Assembly (NCBI RefSeq): GCF_006345805.1
Contig: NC_043004.1
Location: 7,812,001 to 7,876,000, forward strand
DNA: 64,000 nucleotides
Source: Octopus sinensis
Lineage: Eukaryota
Reading direction: 5' to 3'
The translations under genes were made by a program, and so were the position numbers. The notes under the pieces are model-generated. The model saw nothing but the letters and a program-made list of their open reading frames with translations, did not search any database and had not been told where the DNA came from. Below are positions 12,083 through 23,830 of this stretch, in pieces (within the stretch, counting starts at the first letter, position 1; every line of letters starts with the position of its first letter).

Positions 12083-12607
12083 CTGAATTGAAAAATTTCA
12101 ATCAATTGAATAGAGTGAGAGAACAAAAGCACTAACAATTTGGATGGTGAATTAAAAGGGTTTCAATAAGTAACAGTTTTAGTTCAGCTCAAGTCCAGTG
12201 TTTATTGAACAAAGATACTCCACACACAAACTCCATTCAATCCAAAGTATCAAAGACGGCATGGTGTGTGGATGAAGATCGATTTGACAATTTATAAGCA
12301 AGGGGCTTCATTGTCTCATCGCTGTACTAATGTGAAATGTAAACTGCCCACAAGAGCCAAAGTATGTGGGCAAACATGTAAATACAGACACACATCACTA
12401 ATCCATGAAGGTGATCAGCAGAGCAGACAGAATATTCATTCAGTGCAACAACCATGCGTTTGATATTTTAAAACTCCAATCGTCTACCGTAATTTTATCA
12501 AAACAAAAAAAAATTTCTAAACTAAAACTGTTGTACTTCATTTGAAACAGGGTCAGAAAATAAAAAGGTTAGATCCGACATCAATGTAATGCTGACAGCT
12601 AATTGCA

Positions 12608-12710
12608 AATTGTGAAAACAACCACTGTTTAGTGCCAGCAAGTTTATATTTGCACCGTATACCACTAAATACTAATTATTAGTACACAGCCGGCTTAGTT
12701 AGTGCAGTGA
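12608..12710 (-). ncRNA. Candidate box H/ACA snoRNA, copy B (RPS20 intron 1)
   Basis: Duplicate of copy A with unrelated flanks; H and ACA boxes conserved. Confidence 0.65.
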
Positions 12711-13460
12711 AAACAACAGGTTATGTAGGCAGATATGTACAATATAAACAATGAGGAAACCAAGCACATCATTTCCATATTTTCAGAAAATACAATATCT
12801 ATGTAAATCATTCGTATACTCCTAAATAAAATAAACCAGGTTGATATCACAAAATTATCCTCCAGTTTCTTGACCTACATCAATAATTATGAACAGGCAA
12901 GCACTCTCCCAATAGTTATCAGTTACGGAAATTGGTAACAACAAAGTCGGAGAGAACTCGCGCCAATTATTCTTCGTAGAATTTATAAGCACAAATTGTA
13001 ATCTCGCCACAATTCTAGAAATAAATCCTTGGATAAATCTGTAGGAAACATCAACCTAATCATGTCCTATGATGCCGGGAAATCTTTTAAAGAGTGACAT
13101 ATATATATATATATACTATTTAAGGGATACTGGAGCAGCTGTGAATCATAAAAAGCGATTGACCCTAATTAAATCAGAACCTATATAGACAAAATGCACC
13201 AAAGCTTCCCATAATACATAGCACATAATTAACCACATGTTGACAGAGCAAGCCAGATTGATTTGGCGATCTGGATCTCATCGATCTCGTGACCTAGATC
13301 CGATCAGGATTTACCAGAGTTACACAACAAACAAGAATAACTTCTAATATGGGCAATTATTGAAAAATTAGTAGATTATAATGAAGAGATAAATAATTAT
13401 ATTTCGACAATCGTAATGTTTAACGAATTGGTGGTAAGTGGTAAAATGTGACTGAGATGG

Positions 13461-13653
13461 GTACTACTTGAGAAGTGGTCCCGGTGCGCGCACTCGCTAG
13501 TCATGACTAGTCGATCCTTATTTACTTTGTGTAAAAAAATTATTTATTTTGTGTTTTATTTACTTTGTTAGGTAGTCGTAGGATCGACTAGTCATGACTA
13601 GCTAGCGCGGATGCGCGACTACGCGCACCGGGACCACTGAACTAAAGTAGTAC
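13461..13653. repeat. GC-rich inverted-repeat element (MITE-like) in RPS20 intron 1
   Basis: AGTGGTCCCGGTGCGCG...CTAGTCATGACTAGTCGATCCT pairs with AGGATCGACTAGTCATGACTAG...CGCGCACCGGGACCACT. Confidence 0.7.
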
Positions 13654-14064
13654 TCTGGGATGTTTCCTGTGTAACTCTTCTCCAACGGTATGACCCTTAA
13701 AGGTCCGAGAAACTAATTTCTCGGACCGAATGAAACGTGTACAAATAGTAACTCCCACCCCGACCACAACGAAATAAGTGATTGCTGTGGAGTCAACGTT
13801 GGGACATTTGCTAAAACAGATCATAAAGGTTAAGACGAGAATATGAAGAATGCGGAAAGCGATGAATTGAATCCATTTCAAAAGAGCCAACATCATAAAA
13901 ACCGATGAATTTAATAATAATTTCCTTTAAAGACCGCATGGAGATGAAACATGGCGCCCACATGCTGGAATTTAATTGAGGACTTTTCAAACAGAAATTA
14001 CTCATTAAATATAACAATTGTAAACAAAATGGAAAATATCAACATAAATTTAATTTCTACATAC

Positions 14065-14067
14065 CAT
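14065..14067 (-). CDS. RPS20: 40S ribosomal protein S20 (uS10), coding exon 1 (ATG only)
   Basis: Minus strand reads AAAATG|gtatgt; an ATG-only first coding exon is typical of this gene; joins exon 2 in phase 0; a pyrimidine-tract start lies ~100 nt upstream. Confidence 0.85.
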
Positions 14068-14157
14068 TTTTAAGAATATTCTATGCCGGCCGACTTAATC
14101 AAAGACTTTCTAAGATCAGCGGTGAGCCAGGAAACGTCTTTTACGAGCGAAGCTCAC

Positions 14158-14174
14158 TTGGGAAAGAAAGAATA
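14158..14174 (-). promoter_or_regulatory. TCT/5'TOP transcription start motif of RPS20
   Basis: Minus strand ATTCTTTCTTTCCC about 100 nt upstream of the ATG; typical of ribosomal protein genes. Confidence 0.7.
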
Positions 14175-14590
14175 GTAGCTGCGCAGTTACTAAACTCGGT
14201 ACCAAAAATGGGGGTGAAAGGACGTCAGATTTATTTCTTAGCTTTCAAATATTATAAAATGCATAGATATCACTTATAACATGACAATTAAAACATTTTA
14301 AAAGAAATTTAAATTTCATTCGCTCTTTTTGTATCAAATTTGAAGTATTTATAATATATTTTATTTAACTCTGCACCCTCATGGACGAGTCCATTATGTA
14401 TCCCTTTTGACGTTATATTAAAAAATATTAAATACCCTCAAAAGGATCTAAACTCGAAGGTTTAAACACAGAATTAAAAAAATACACGACGATGATAAAA
14501 TTAAATAAATTTTAACGAACAAAGTGAATAATTTTCTTCCCAAATACCGGTTGTGACGTCATATGTACCACGTTATAGTCAAGATGGCAA
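14175..14590. promoter_or_regulatory. Head-to-head promoter region RPS20/TM9SF4 with CRE (TGACGTCA 14554-14561) and YY1-like motif (CAAGATGGC 14580-14588)
   Basis: Divergent first exons about 400 bp apart; motifs read directly from the sequence. Confidence 0.65.
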
Positions 14591-14595
14591 CCAAG
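14584..14595 (+). CDS. TM9SF4: TM9SF4 coding exon 1 (MATK)
   Basis: CAAGATGGCAACCAAG|gtagg; phase 0 to exon 2; resembles the short MATAM first exon of vertebrate TM9SF4. Confidence 0.7.
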
Positions 14596-16301
14596 GTAGG
14601 AAAAGTATTCGTCAATATATTTCACCCAAATCCGATTGCGTTTATTTTTATTCCACTCTTTCTTCGCTTCCCCGATCATGTTTCTAACTCATCTACGCTA
14701 TCTTTTAATTATTTCTGCTGACAAGCTTGTCTTTTAACTTTGACCTAAAGCTGACAGTTAAACGAAAATCAACAAGAACCAGGCTACAATAAATGTTTGT
14801 AGCTCGTTTCTCTTCCAACTTTTTATTTATGTCCTAATTTTTACCTCTCGCTTTTTATTCCTGTTTCCAATTTCCCAGTTGTTTCATGTTTCTCGTTGAA
14901 TCTCCTCAAATTAGCAAACAGATATACCTTCATACATTCACACATGCATCTTGGAGTCTAATATATTTAATGTGCTAAACATTTAATAATATTCAAAGTC
15001 TTTTATTTTGACAGTTTCCTGATCCATTTTGGGGTTGAGCTTTTAGGGTGGGGACCTGCTCGAATTTTGTATGTTATCACGGCCAAAGTTCACAAAAACT
15101 TAAGGTGCTGAATTTTGCTTGTCTTATGTGAATACCTGTACATTATTTAGATGTTCACTGTTCAAAGTGAAGTATTTAACTTAAAATAAGTAAAAATACA
15201 GGAATTTATTAAAAAAAAATTACAATTTATCTTTTTATTTTTGCTAGAGTTTACCTTTAGGTGGTCCGTATTTTTTTCCTTTATAGATATCATTTTATAG
15301 ACATTTCAGGTAAAAAAAATACACTCCACATAATCATCTGATTTGCCAATGTTGAAGTGAAGTTTTTACTTTAAGTTGCCAACAACTTCGCTTTATTAAA
15401 GAAAAATTAAAAAGTCGAAACGACGTCCGACACATAGACGTCTTTTAATTAATTTCTGCTTTTTTTTTTCAAGTTGTGATGTGGCAGTTTTATTATATGA
15501 ATCGGTTATAAACAATTTAAGTATTAAGTCAAAGGAGACTATTTTAAGCTTTCTCCACTAACGTTCGCAATTTCAACTCGTATGTTCCATATATTTCCCT
15601 CTGATTTGAATGTTTCTTGTTTATTTTATTCGTCTGTGTAAGAACGCATTATACAGCAGACAAACAACAACAACAAAAAAACTTATACGCGCTGCAGTTC
15701 ATTTCAAATTGAAGATGTTTTGGCTTCCTCGTCGAAGGCTCGAATCGAACTTTAAAGTAGTTGTTCCTCGTAGGACAATAACACTTTTGGACAGAAGAGG
15801 CCGTCGGTGCTCTTATAGGTAAACCCGTTCGGATACGTTCCGACCGACCTCAGTAATCGGAGCAGACTACTACTATTACTACATTGTTTCAGTTTTATTT
15901 ACCACCCAGGCTCATTCATTCTTGCATCAAAGCGTCTACAGTGTTACAAAATACATGGGGATACGCAAAAGAAAGTTATAGAAAAACGAGGAACAGTAAA
16001 GACATTATACTAGACAAATTGGCATGTTAAAAAATTAAGGAAGACGTCTCCAAAGAAATTACACTAGTTAAATGATTGTACATATACACAAAAGAGATGG
16101 AATTTAGGAGAGATTCATTCCCTCCTGGGTGGGATCAAGTTTTTCCACATCATTGAGCATCTCCCTTTTGCATTTCTTCTACGTACTGAATACTATTTTC
16201 CATGAAAATACCCGTGTTGGAATAGGCAAGAAAGGGCCTACGTCTCTTGTGATTGTTGTAACCCACAAACGATATTTTTTATGAGCAGCTTATCTTCAAG
16301 T

Positions 16302-16580
16302 TTCGGCATTCTTTCGATATAACTCGACAAAATCAAAACATTTCACTTCGCGTATTTCCGTGGGAGCAAATGACAGTTCGATTCTGTTTTCTGCTTGGAA
16401 ATTTGCGGATTTTACATACACACATGAAACAGGTAACAAATATGCAAGGCTTTTTTTTCTTCAAGTTTAAAATGAGACATTGCTGGCATAATCTCGTTAT
16501 ATCTATACTCCACAACCCACGGAAATACCGAAAGTGAAATGTTTTGATTTTGTCGAGTTCTATCGAAAGAATGCCCAAGT
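16302..16580. mobile_element. Foldback MITE
   Basis: AACTCGACAAAATCAAAACATTTCACTT pairs with AAGTGAAATGTTTTGATTTTGTCGAGTT; arms extend both ways. Confidence 0.75.
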
Positions 16581-19074
16581 TTCCTATCTTCCATATCTGA
16601 GCGTTTTCTTTCCCTAAATGTTCCTGTTATTTAAGTCCTTCATCAGTTCTTCATTTGCTGTGCAAAGAACTGTCTTCATTTATTATACAAAGCCCAGTGA
16701 AAATCCTAGGACATTTTGCCAGTCTTTCCCATAAGTTCACTTACTTTTTTTTGGCGGGGGGAGCGGCGGATTACTTTTTCCCTTCGTCTTTTTATGGTCT
16801 GTGGAAGTTTGCACCACCTGTTCCTAGTCTGTCTTGTTACAAGATGATGGCGTAATACAACTGGAAGCAGACTCCTTGGCTTCTTTATTGCCTTCTGTGA
16901 TTCAAGGCAAGATGAATTTCTTTGGCTATCGTTGGAACTGTGACCAGTGGTGCCCTGGAAGTAGTTTCTAGGATCTGCTCTTCTTGTTGGCTCTATGGCT
17001 GTCCACTACTTTCTCCCTCTCTTCTGGCTTTTGCAGCTCCAGAATAGCACAGTTGTCTTGGTGGGGGGGGGGGGGTGTTATGAATTGTATGGCCATTCAG
17101 GTCTGTCCTGCTGACCATATACTTTTAGTCCTGGTACTCACAACCAGCCCACACAAGGGTGGTGCCGAGTCTAAAATCACCAATGCCCTGAAATATGACC
17201 CTTGTGTTCTGCTGGCCCCTATTTAGGGACACTGGTCTGAAGGGAAATGTGTGGTGCACCAACTCTGCCTGTTACTTGCGTTGTCATGAGAGGGTAAATT
17301 TCAAAGACAGAGGGAAAGAGAAATAAAGGATTATTACTATTTATAGAGACATCATTCAGTAACAACCAAAGGATTATTGTTAACCGTAGAAGGACAGTCA
17401 TTTTCTGAGATTTTATTTTTAACTTTGCTGAATAATATTTTTTCAGTTCAATTATAAAACTGTATTTACATTACAGTTGAATTAATCACAATCACGAGTA
17501 AAGATTAATTGTTGACAAAGGTATGTGATTTCTTTTTACATTTAGATTTACACAAACAGAGGATTAATTCATTCTTTTTCGACATTTCCATGACTAACCA
17601 TAATAGTTCAACCACCACTGACCAATGCCTTAGTTGTAAATTGTAGTACTTTTATATTTCATGGTCTGTCTCTGTGACTTATGTCCTGATGAGGTTCAAT
17701 ACAATGGAGCTATAAGTGTTATGATACTCTGCCTATAGTTAATAAATGTATGACTGCCCACCTTATGTTCTTTTCCTGCTACCAAAATAGAAGTGTTAAC
17801 TGAGTTGATAGTATCTAGAGAATGGCTTGTAGTATTTGTTACAGCATTCAAATATCACCATGGTCAACTATGCCATTATCTTTTATGGTCATCAAACAAA
17901 GAACCAACTTGCCTTTTACTGTGGTAGATTCTTGTCTGTCTGCCCCCCTCTCTCTCTGTACATATATATATATATATAATATATATATATATAAGTTCAG
18001 CAAAATTTAGATTCAAATGAATATGGTACTTAAGTCAGAGGCACCAGAATTTTGTATGGTATTATCCATATAAATCCATGGGGTGATTATAATCAAAATA
18101 AGTATATGTATTGTCCGTTTGATAGAAGACTTCTATAAATGGCTGAAGATTGCTCAACATTTTAAAACTGATGTAATACTTAAAATGTTTAATAAAATGA
18201 AGTAGCATGAAATGATCGTACCAAATTACTGAAGATATACTTGTTGCTTATTTTGATTATATATACTACATGTATGGGAAATTCGGTCTGTGGGTGTGTT
18301 TGTGGAGTTGTTAGCTAACTCCTGCATCATTTTGCCGATTTTGATGAAGCGTGACATGTGAGTAGAACTCGTGTCTGGAAACCACATGTCATACTCAGAT
18401 AGTTGGAAAAAAAAAATCGATAATAGGGCCCCTGGAGGGGATCCTTATATATAGCCAAGGAAAACAACCCATTCATTTTCCTAAATTAATTGAGTATGCT
18501 TATCTCTTAGTATTTGAACTGTTAGTTATTTTCACAATTTATCCAGTATAACACTTAAACAAGTAAATAGCATTTTCCTAAACGATAGATCCACTTATTT
18601 CGGTTAGTGACTTATTCACGAATATACCAACACCAGCGCCCCTGAGGGTAATATTCTCTGGGAATACACAAAAGTCCTTTTCAGAGTTATTTACTTTGAA
18701 TTGTTATTATCTCATATCTGATTAGCCTGTTATTACGTAACATGCTTCACAATTTTTGTATATGTACCTTATTAGTATTCCCTCTTATGTTCTATATACT
18801 CTGGGAACACATTAAAGCCCTTTTCAGGGCTACTTTATTTGAATTCTTACTATCGGGTAACTAATTCCATTTTATTACAGAACTGACTTCACAATCGGGT
18901 AGTCATAACTTATTAGGAATTCCTAAAAACAAGATTCTGTGCAAGACCGTTTGATATTCTCTGTAAATGCACAAAAACCGTTTTAAGAGCTACATACTTT
19001 GTATTGTTGTTATTGGAATAGTGAAACAATTATGAGAATGGAACCAAGAATTACCGGGTACATCAACATATATA

Positions 19075-19381
19075 TATCACCATGATCACTGTGACCGACC
19101 AGGCTATCAGATGTTGCTACACATCGCTGGTCACAATGTTCTTCGCATTGTTTTAGCCTTCAAATGACACCACCCCACTGGCTAAGCGAGCAGGCCAACA
19201 GAAGAAAGAATAAAAGTTGTGGTGAAAGAGTACAGCAGGGATCGCCACCACCCCTGCCAGAGTCTCATGGAGCTTTAAGTGTTTTCGCTTAATAAACACT
19301 CACAATGCCCGGTCTGGGAATTGAAACCGTGATCCTACAACCGCGAGTCCACTGCCCTAACCACTGAGCTATTGCGCCTCC
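19075..19381 (-). mobile_element. tRNA-derived SINE family C
   Basis: Minus-strand head GGAGGCGCAAT...AGTGGTTAGGGCAG...GGTTTCAATTCCC; second copy at 63257-63561. Confidence 0.85.
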
Positions 19382-20086
19382 ACACACACACACACACACA
19401 TATATATGGCAGGTTTACAAAAATAAATAAAAGACGAAGGCAGGTGGAGTACAAACAAACATATATATATATAAATAAATGTAGCTGTGTAAAGAAATAC
19501 CTGCATATGGATGAGGACAGCTGTGTCAAGAAGTGCCAATCTCTGTGGAGGGAACCTGTGGTAGTGGTAGACCTAGGAAGACATGGGATGAAGTGGTGAA
19601 GCATGACCTTTGAACTTTGGGCTTCATAGTAGCAATGACTAGTGACTGAGACCTTTGGCGATATGCTGTTCTTGAGAAGACACGCCAAGCCAAGAAAAAT
19701 TGTAGTGGTGGCTGATGCTGGTATCACATAACTGGCACCCATGCCAGTGGCTCGTAAAAGGCACCTTTTGAGTGTTGGGTGTCACAGAGGCAAGGTGGCT
19801 GATGCTGGTGGCACATAAAAAGCATTTTTTGAGTTGTGGGCCTCACAGAGGCAATGACAAATGACCGAGATCTTTGGCATTTTGCCATGCTTGAGAAGAA
19901 GGTCCATGAAGCCAAGTGAAATTGTAGTCATGGCAGATGCTGGTGTTGGTAGCACGTAAAAGCACCCATTACACTCTTGGTGTGGTTGGTGTTAGAAAGG
20001 GCATCCAGCCATAGAAACCATGTCAATTCAGACAAGAGTTAAACTGGTTAAACTGTCCAACCCATACAGACATTAAATGATGATGA

Positions 20087-20137
<51 letters not shown>

Positions 20138-20556
20138 CTTGTGCCTGGGGAGAGTCATTCTCTTTTAGTGCCTTATTATTTAACACACTCACCGGTAAAA
20201 TTTCCACTTATTTCTTATTTTTATTTTCTAAAATTTTCGTTGCGTGTTGCAATCTTTTCAATAGTCTTGACTCTGTCTGTTATTTACACTGCGTTCCCTT
20301 TTGTTTGTTTGTCCACGTGTGTGTGGGTCATATATATATATGAATGTATGTTTGTGTCTGTGTTTGTTCCCCCCAACATCGCTTGACAACTAATACTGGC
20401 GTGTTTACGTCCCCGTAACTTAGCAGTTTGGCAAAAGAGACCGATAAAATAAGTATTAGACTTACAAAGAATAAGTCCTGGGGTTGATTTGCTTGGCTAA
20501 AGCCGGTGCTCCATCATGGCCATAGTCAAATGACTGAAACAAGTTAAAGAAAAAAG

Positions 20557-21504
20557 GGTTGCGACCGACTTTTTGTGAGCTGGCGTCAAGCAGGCGAGTA
20601 AATCCTTCGTCCCGTCAGATTCTGGAGAGAGTGATGGCTTTTGGGGAGACCTTTGGCCTTGTGCCGGTCAAAGAAAGTTCGAGGAAGCTACCCTATAAAA
20701 AGCGAATGAGCTGTGAGTTTAAAACAGTCGGCCAGCAGTTCTGGCAGAGACGGGAGTGATACGACGGCGGTCAGTTGAGAAAGACAGACAGACAATGTGA
20801 GGGATGACAAGTGAGAGAATGACAGTGAATGTGAAAGAGGAAGACAGGTAGATAGTATTACGGAGCTAAGAGAGAGGGACTACGGTATGAGGGCACTGGC
20901 TATTGTAGTAGCTCGTAACGGTATGTTTATTTATGTTTTGATATGTGTTAACGAAGGAAAAAGAATTGTTGAAATGTAAAAGAATTGATGTATTGAAAAA
21001 AGAGAAAGAAGGAAAGAGGAAAAAGAAAGAACTGTGTAAAGACATTGTGAATTAAGTAAAAGAGTTGTTGAAAAGAAAGAGAGGAGGAGAAAGACTTTAA
21101 AGAACTTTGAACTGTATCGTTAATGTACAACTGATTTGTCTCTGAACTATAATGTGAACGTTATTTGTTTTAAATTGATCTGAGCATTAATTGATCTGAA
21201 CTGTACCTGCATGCTTTGATTTGTTGTTTTCATGTATCACATTTTATTTGATGTAATAATTGTTATAAACTACTGTTGTTAAATGTAGCCAATTGCTTTC
21301 CGCCTTCTCTCTTTGTGTCTCTTCCTGTTGTTGTTGTTATCTCCGGTTGCCGGGTTCGCCGCTGCCACTTTCCCCCACCGAATTCTCTCTCCGGGTCCGT
21401 GGCAAGTTCATCGATCGATCGGGCCGGTCAATCGTCGTCGCTTGACTTGGTAGGGTCCCGGGTTTTCCGAAGAGTTTGAGCGACGGCAGGTGGATTTCGT
21501 AACA
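20557..21504 (+). mobile_element. Probable solo LTR (Gypsy-like)
   Basis: Ends TCGTAACA, starts GGTTGCGA (degenerate TGTTACGA inverted terminus); internal TATAAAAAG; CpG-rich; no TSD seen. Confidence 0.5.
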
Positions 21505-21537
<33 letters not shown>

Positions 21538-21632
21538 ATAACAAAGGGTGAAATTAATTAATTAAGAAATAATTAGTAATTTCACCAAGTAGAATTCTGC
21601 ATGAAAAAGACCATTTTATGGTAAGTTTAAGT

Positions 21633-21830
21633 AATACTATATAATTAAGGTTCAGCAATGATTAGCTTCACCACACACCGAAGTTTAGAAATAGCAGTCA
21701 AAATCTTAGCTATTCCTTCTACTTTAAAGTTTTGGTTTTCTGGGAACTCCCTTTAAAGTAGAAGGAATAGCTAAGATTTTGACTGCTATTTCTAAACTTC
21801 GGTGTGTGGTGAACCTAATTATATAGTATT
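21633..21830. repeat. Foldback with ~70-90-bp near-perfect arms
   Basis: CACCACACACCGAAGTTTAGAAATAGCAGTC...CTTTAAAG and its reverse complement, next to (TA)n. Confidence 0.85.
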
Positions 21831-23214
21831 ACTATAATGGCGTTAGGAAGGGCATCCAGCCGTAGAAACACTGCCAGATCTGACTGGGCCTGACGAAGCC
21901 TTCCAGTTTCACAGACCCCAGTTGACCCGTCCAACCCATGCTAGCATGGAAAGCGGACGCTAAACGATGATGATGATGATGATGATATATATATATATAT
22001 AGATTTGACTTAGACATTAGGTTTCATCTGTTGAAGGTTTGTTGACATAGTTGAATGAATTGCCTTATGAAATCAATATTATCAATAAATTTCAGAGTAG
22101 ATAATACAAAAAGTACCAAAACCAATAGATATTTTTAACAGTCTCTGTATTGATTAACACTGTCAATCACTGCTGTTCTCAATGACCTCCCGTGTCTTTC
22201 ATCATTATCCATTTATTTTAGTCTCTTATGTACCCCTATATCTCCTTCTTCGTGGATTCTACACTTTGCACGTCATTCTATGGCTTTCTCTTTTATTTTC
22301 CTTTCCGATCCACTCCTATATCTCCCCCACCTGACCCTTCTGGTATATCCCGTCATCTGCACGCCCACCCTTGTTCATTACTCACTACATTAACCTCTAA
22401 CTCCCCCTGTTTACTCCTCCCCATTCTTGTGAAAACATTCCCTCCTTCCCTCCCTCCCATGATCCACCATGATCACCTTCTTGTTCCTTGAGACTTTGCT
22501 ACCTTCCTCTTATCTCCTTCAGCCATATATCTCTATTGCAAGACGTATGCACTTGTCTTTCTCTCTCATACTTTTGCCCTTCAACACCTGGCCTACAGCC
22601 ACCACCCTCCAGCTTCTCCCAAATACTTCCTCTTAGTATTTCGGAGCTTTCCCCCCTTTTCCTCCGTTCTGTTCTGTGTTGCAAGTTACCTGGCAACCTC
22701 ATCAGTGCTGGTGACACACTTTGTACAGTGGTTGGTATTAAGAAGGGCAACATCCAGTCATAGAAAGAAACCATGCCAAAGAAGACATTGAAGCTTGGCA
22801 CAGCTTTGCAGCTCCCTGCCAAGTCATCCTACCCCTGTACCAGCAATCTAGAACCTTGAGAAAACAAGATACAGAATGTTTACAGTCAACAAACACATCA
22901 AAAGTGTCCACCATCAGCAAAAATGCTGCTGAGGATTCAACGGAGGCGGGAGTGAAACATTAGCACAATGTGTCCAATATAGGCAGAACCATTAGCACAC
23001 TGGGCGAAATGCTTAGCAGTATTTCGTCTGCCGCTACATTCTGAGTTCAAATTCCGCCGAGGTCGACTTTGCCTTTCATCCTTTCGGGGTCAATAAATTA
23101 AGTACCAGTTATGCACTGGGGTCGATATAATCAACTTAATCCCTTTGTCTGTCTTTGTTTATCCTCTCTGTGTTTAGCCGCTTGTGGGCAATAAAGAAAT
23201 AACAATATGTCCAA

Positions 23215-23830
23215 TATGTCTGCACGACTGCAGTGGGCTTCACAGCACCAACATTGCAGGAAGTCAGTGGTCTTCTATGATGAGAGTCGGTACTGTGTTT
23301 CCATCTTGGATGGCAGTGAGGGTGTGGTGTAGGAGGGGTGAATTGTACAGAGACGCATGTGTCCTAGAGAGAGAGACATGAAGTGGCCAAAGCATCATGG
23401 TTTAGGGTGCTATAGACCTGAATCAGGGAATTGGGCCCCACGTGTTCCAAAGTGTTGGTGCAGGCAGAGGGAATGGCATCACAGAGCAGCACATTGTTGA
23501 CCAGATCCTAAGATCTTATACTGTGCCCTTCTTCGTGCATCACCATAGTCACGAGTTTCAGCAGGACATGCTCCCTCCCACACAGCCAGGGGCACCATGG
23601 ACTTCCTGCATCAGCACATCATCAGAACCATGCCATGGCCAGCTCTCAGCCCTGATTTGAACCCAATTGAACACCTGTGGGATGAAATCCAGAGATGGCT
23701 GAACCAGGTGGTCCCAAGGCTGACAATTCGAGTGGAACTGGAGGCAGCTTTCCTCAGGGTGTGGGCACAGGTACCAGTGGCTTTTGTGAACCACCTCATG
23801 CACTCCATGTACCGATGGTGTATGGCCGTT
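23215..23830 (+). mobile_element. Tc1-family (DD34E) transposase relic
   Basis: VVFYDESR, FQQD and WPALSPDLNPIEHLWDEI motifs across frameshifts. Confidence 0.85.

Noticed and set aside
11733-12260. U54/SNORD54-like or other C/D snoRNA in RPS20 introns
   Set aside because: No ATACGCTATT guide and no properly spaced C box with D box; the CTGA near 12194 lacks a C box.
19290-19381. tRNA gene
   Set aside because: The tRNA-like segment is the head of a SINE present twice with the same body; no complete cloverleaf.
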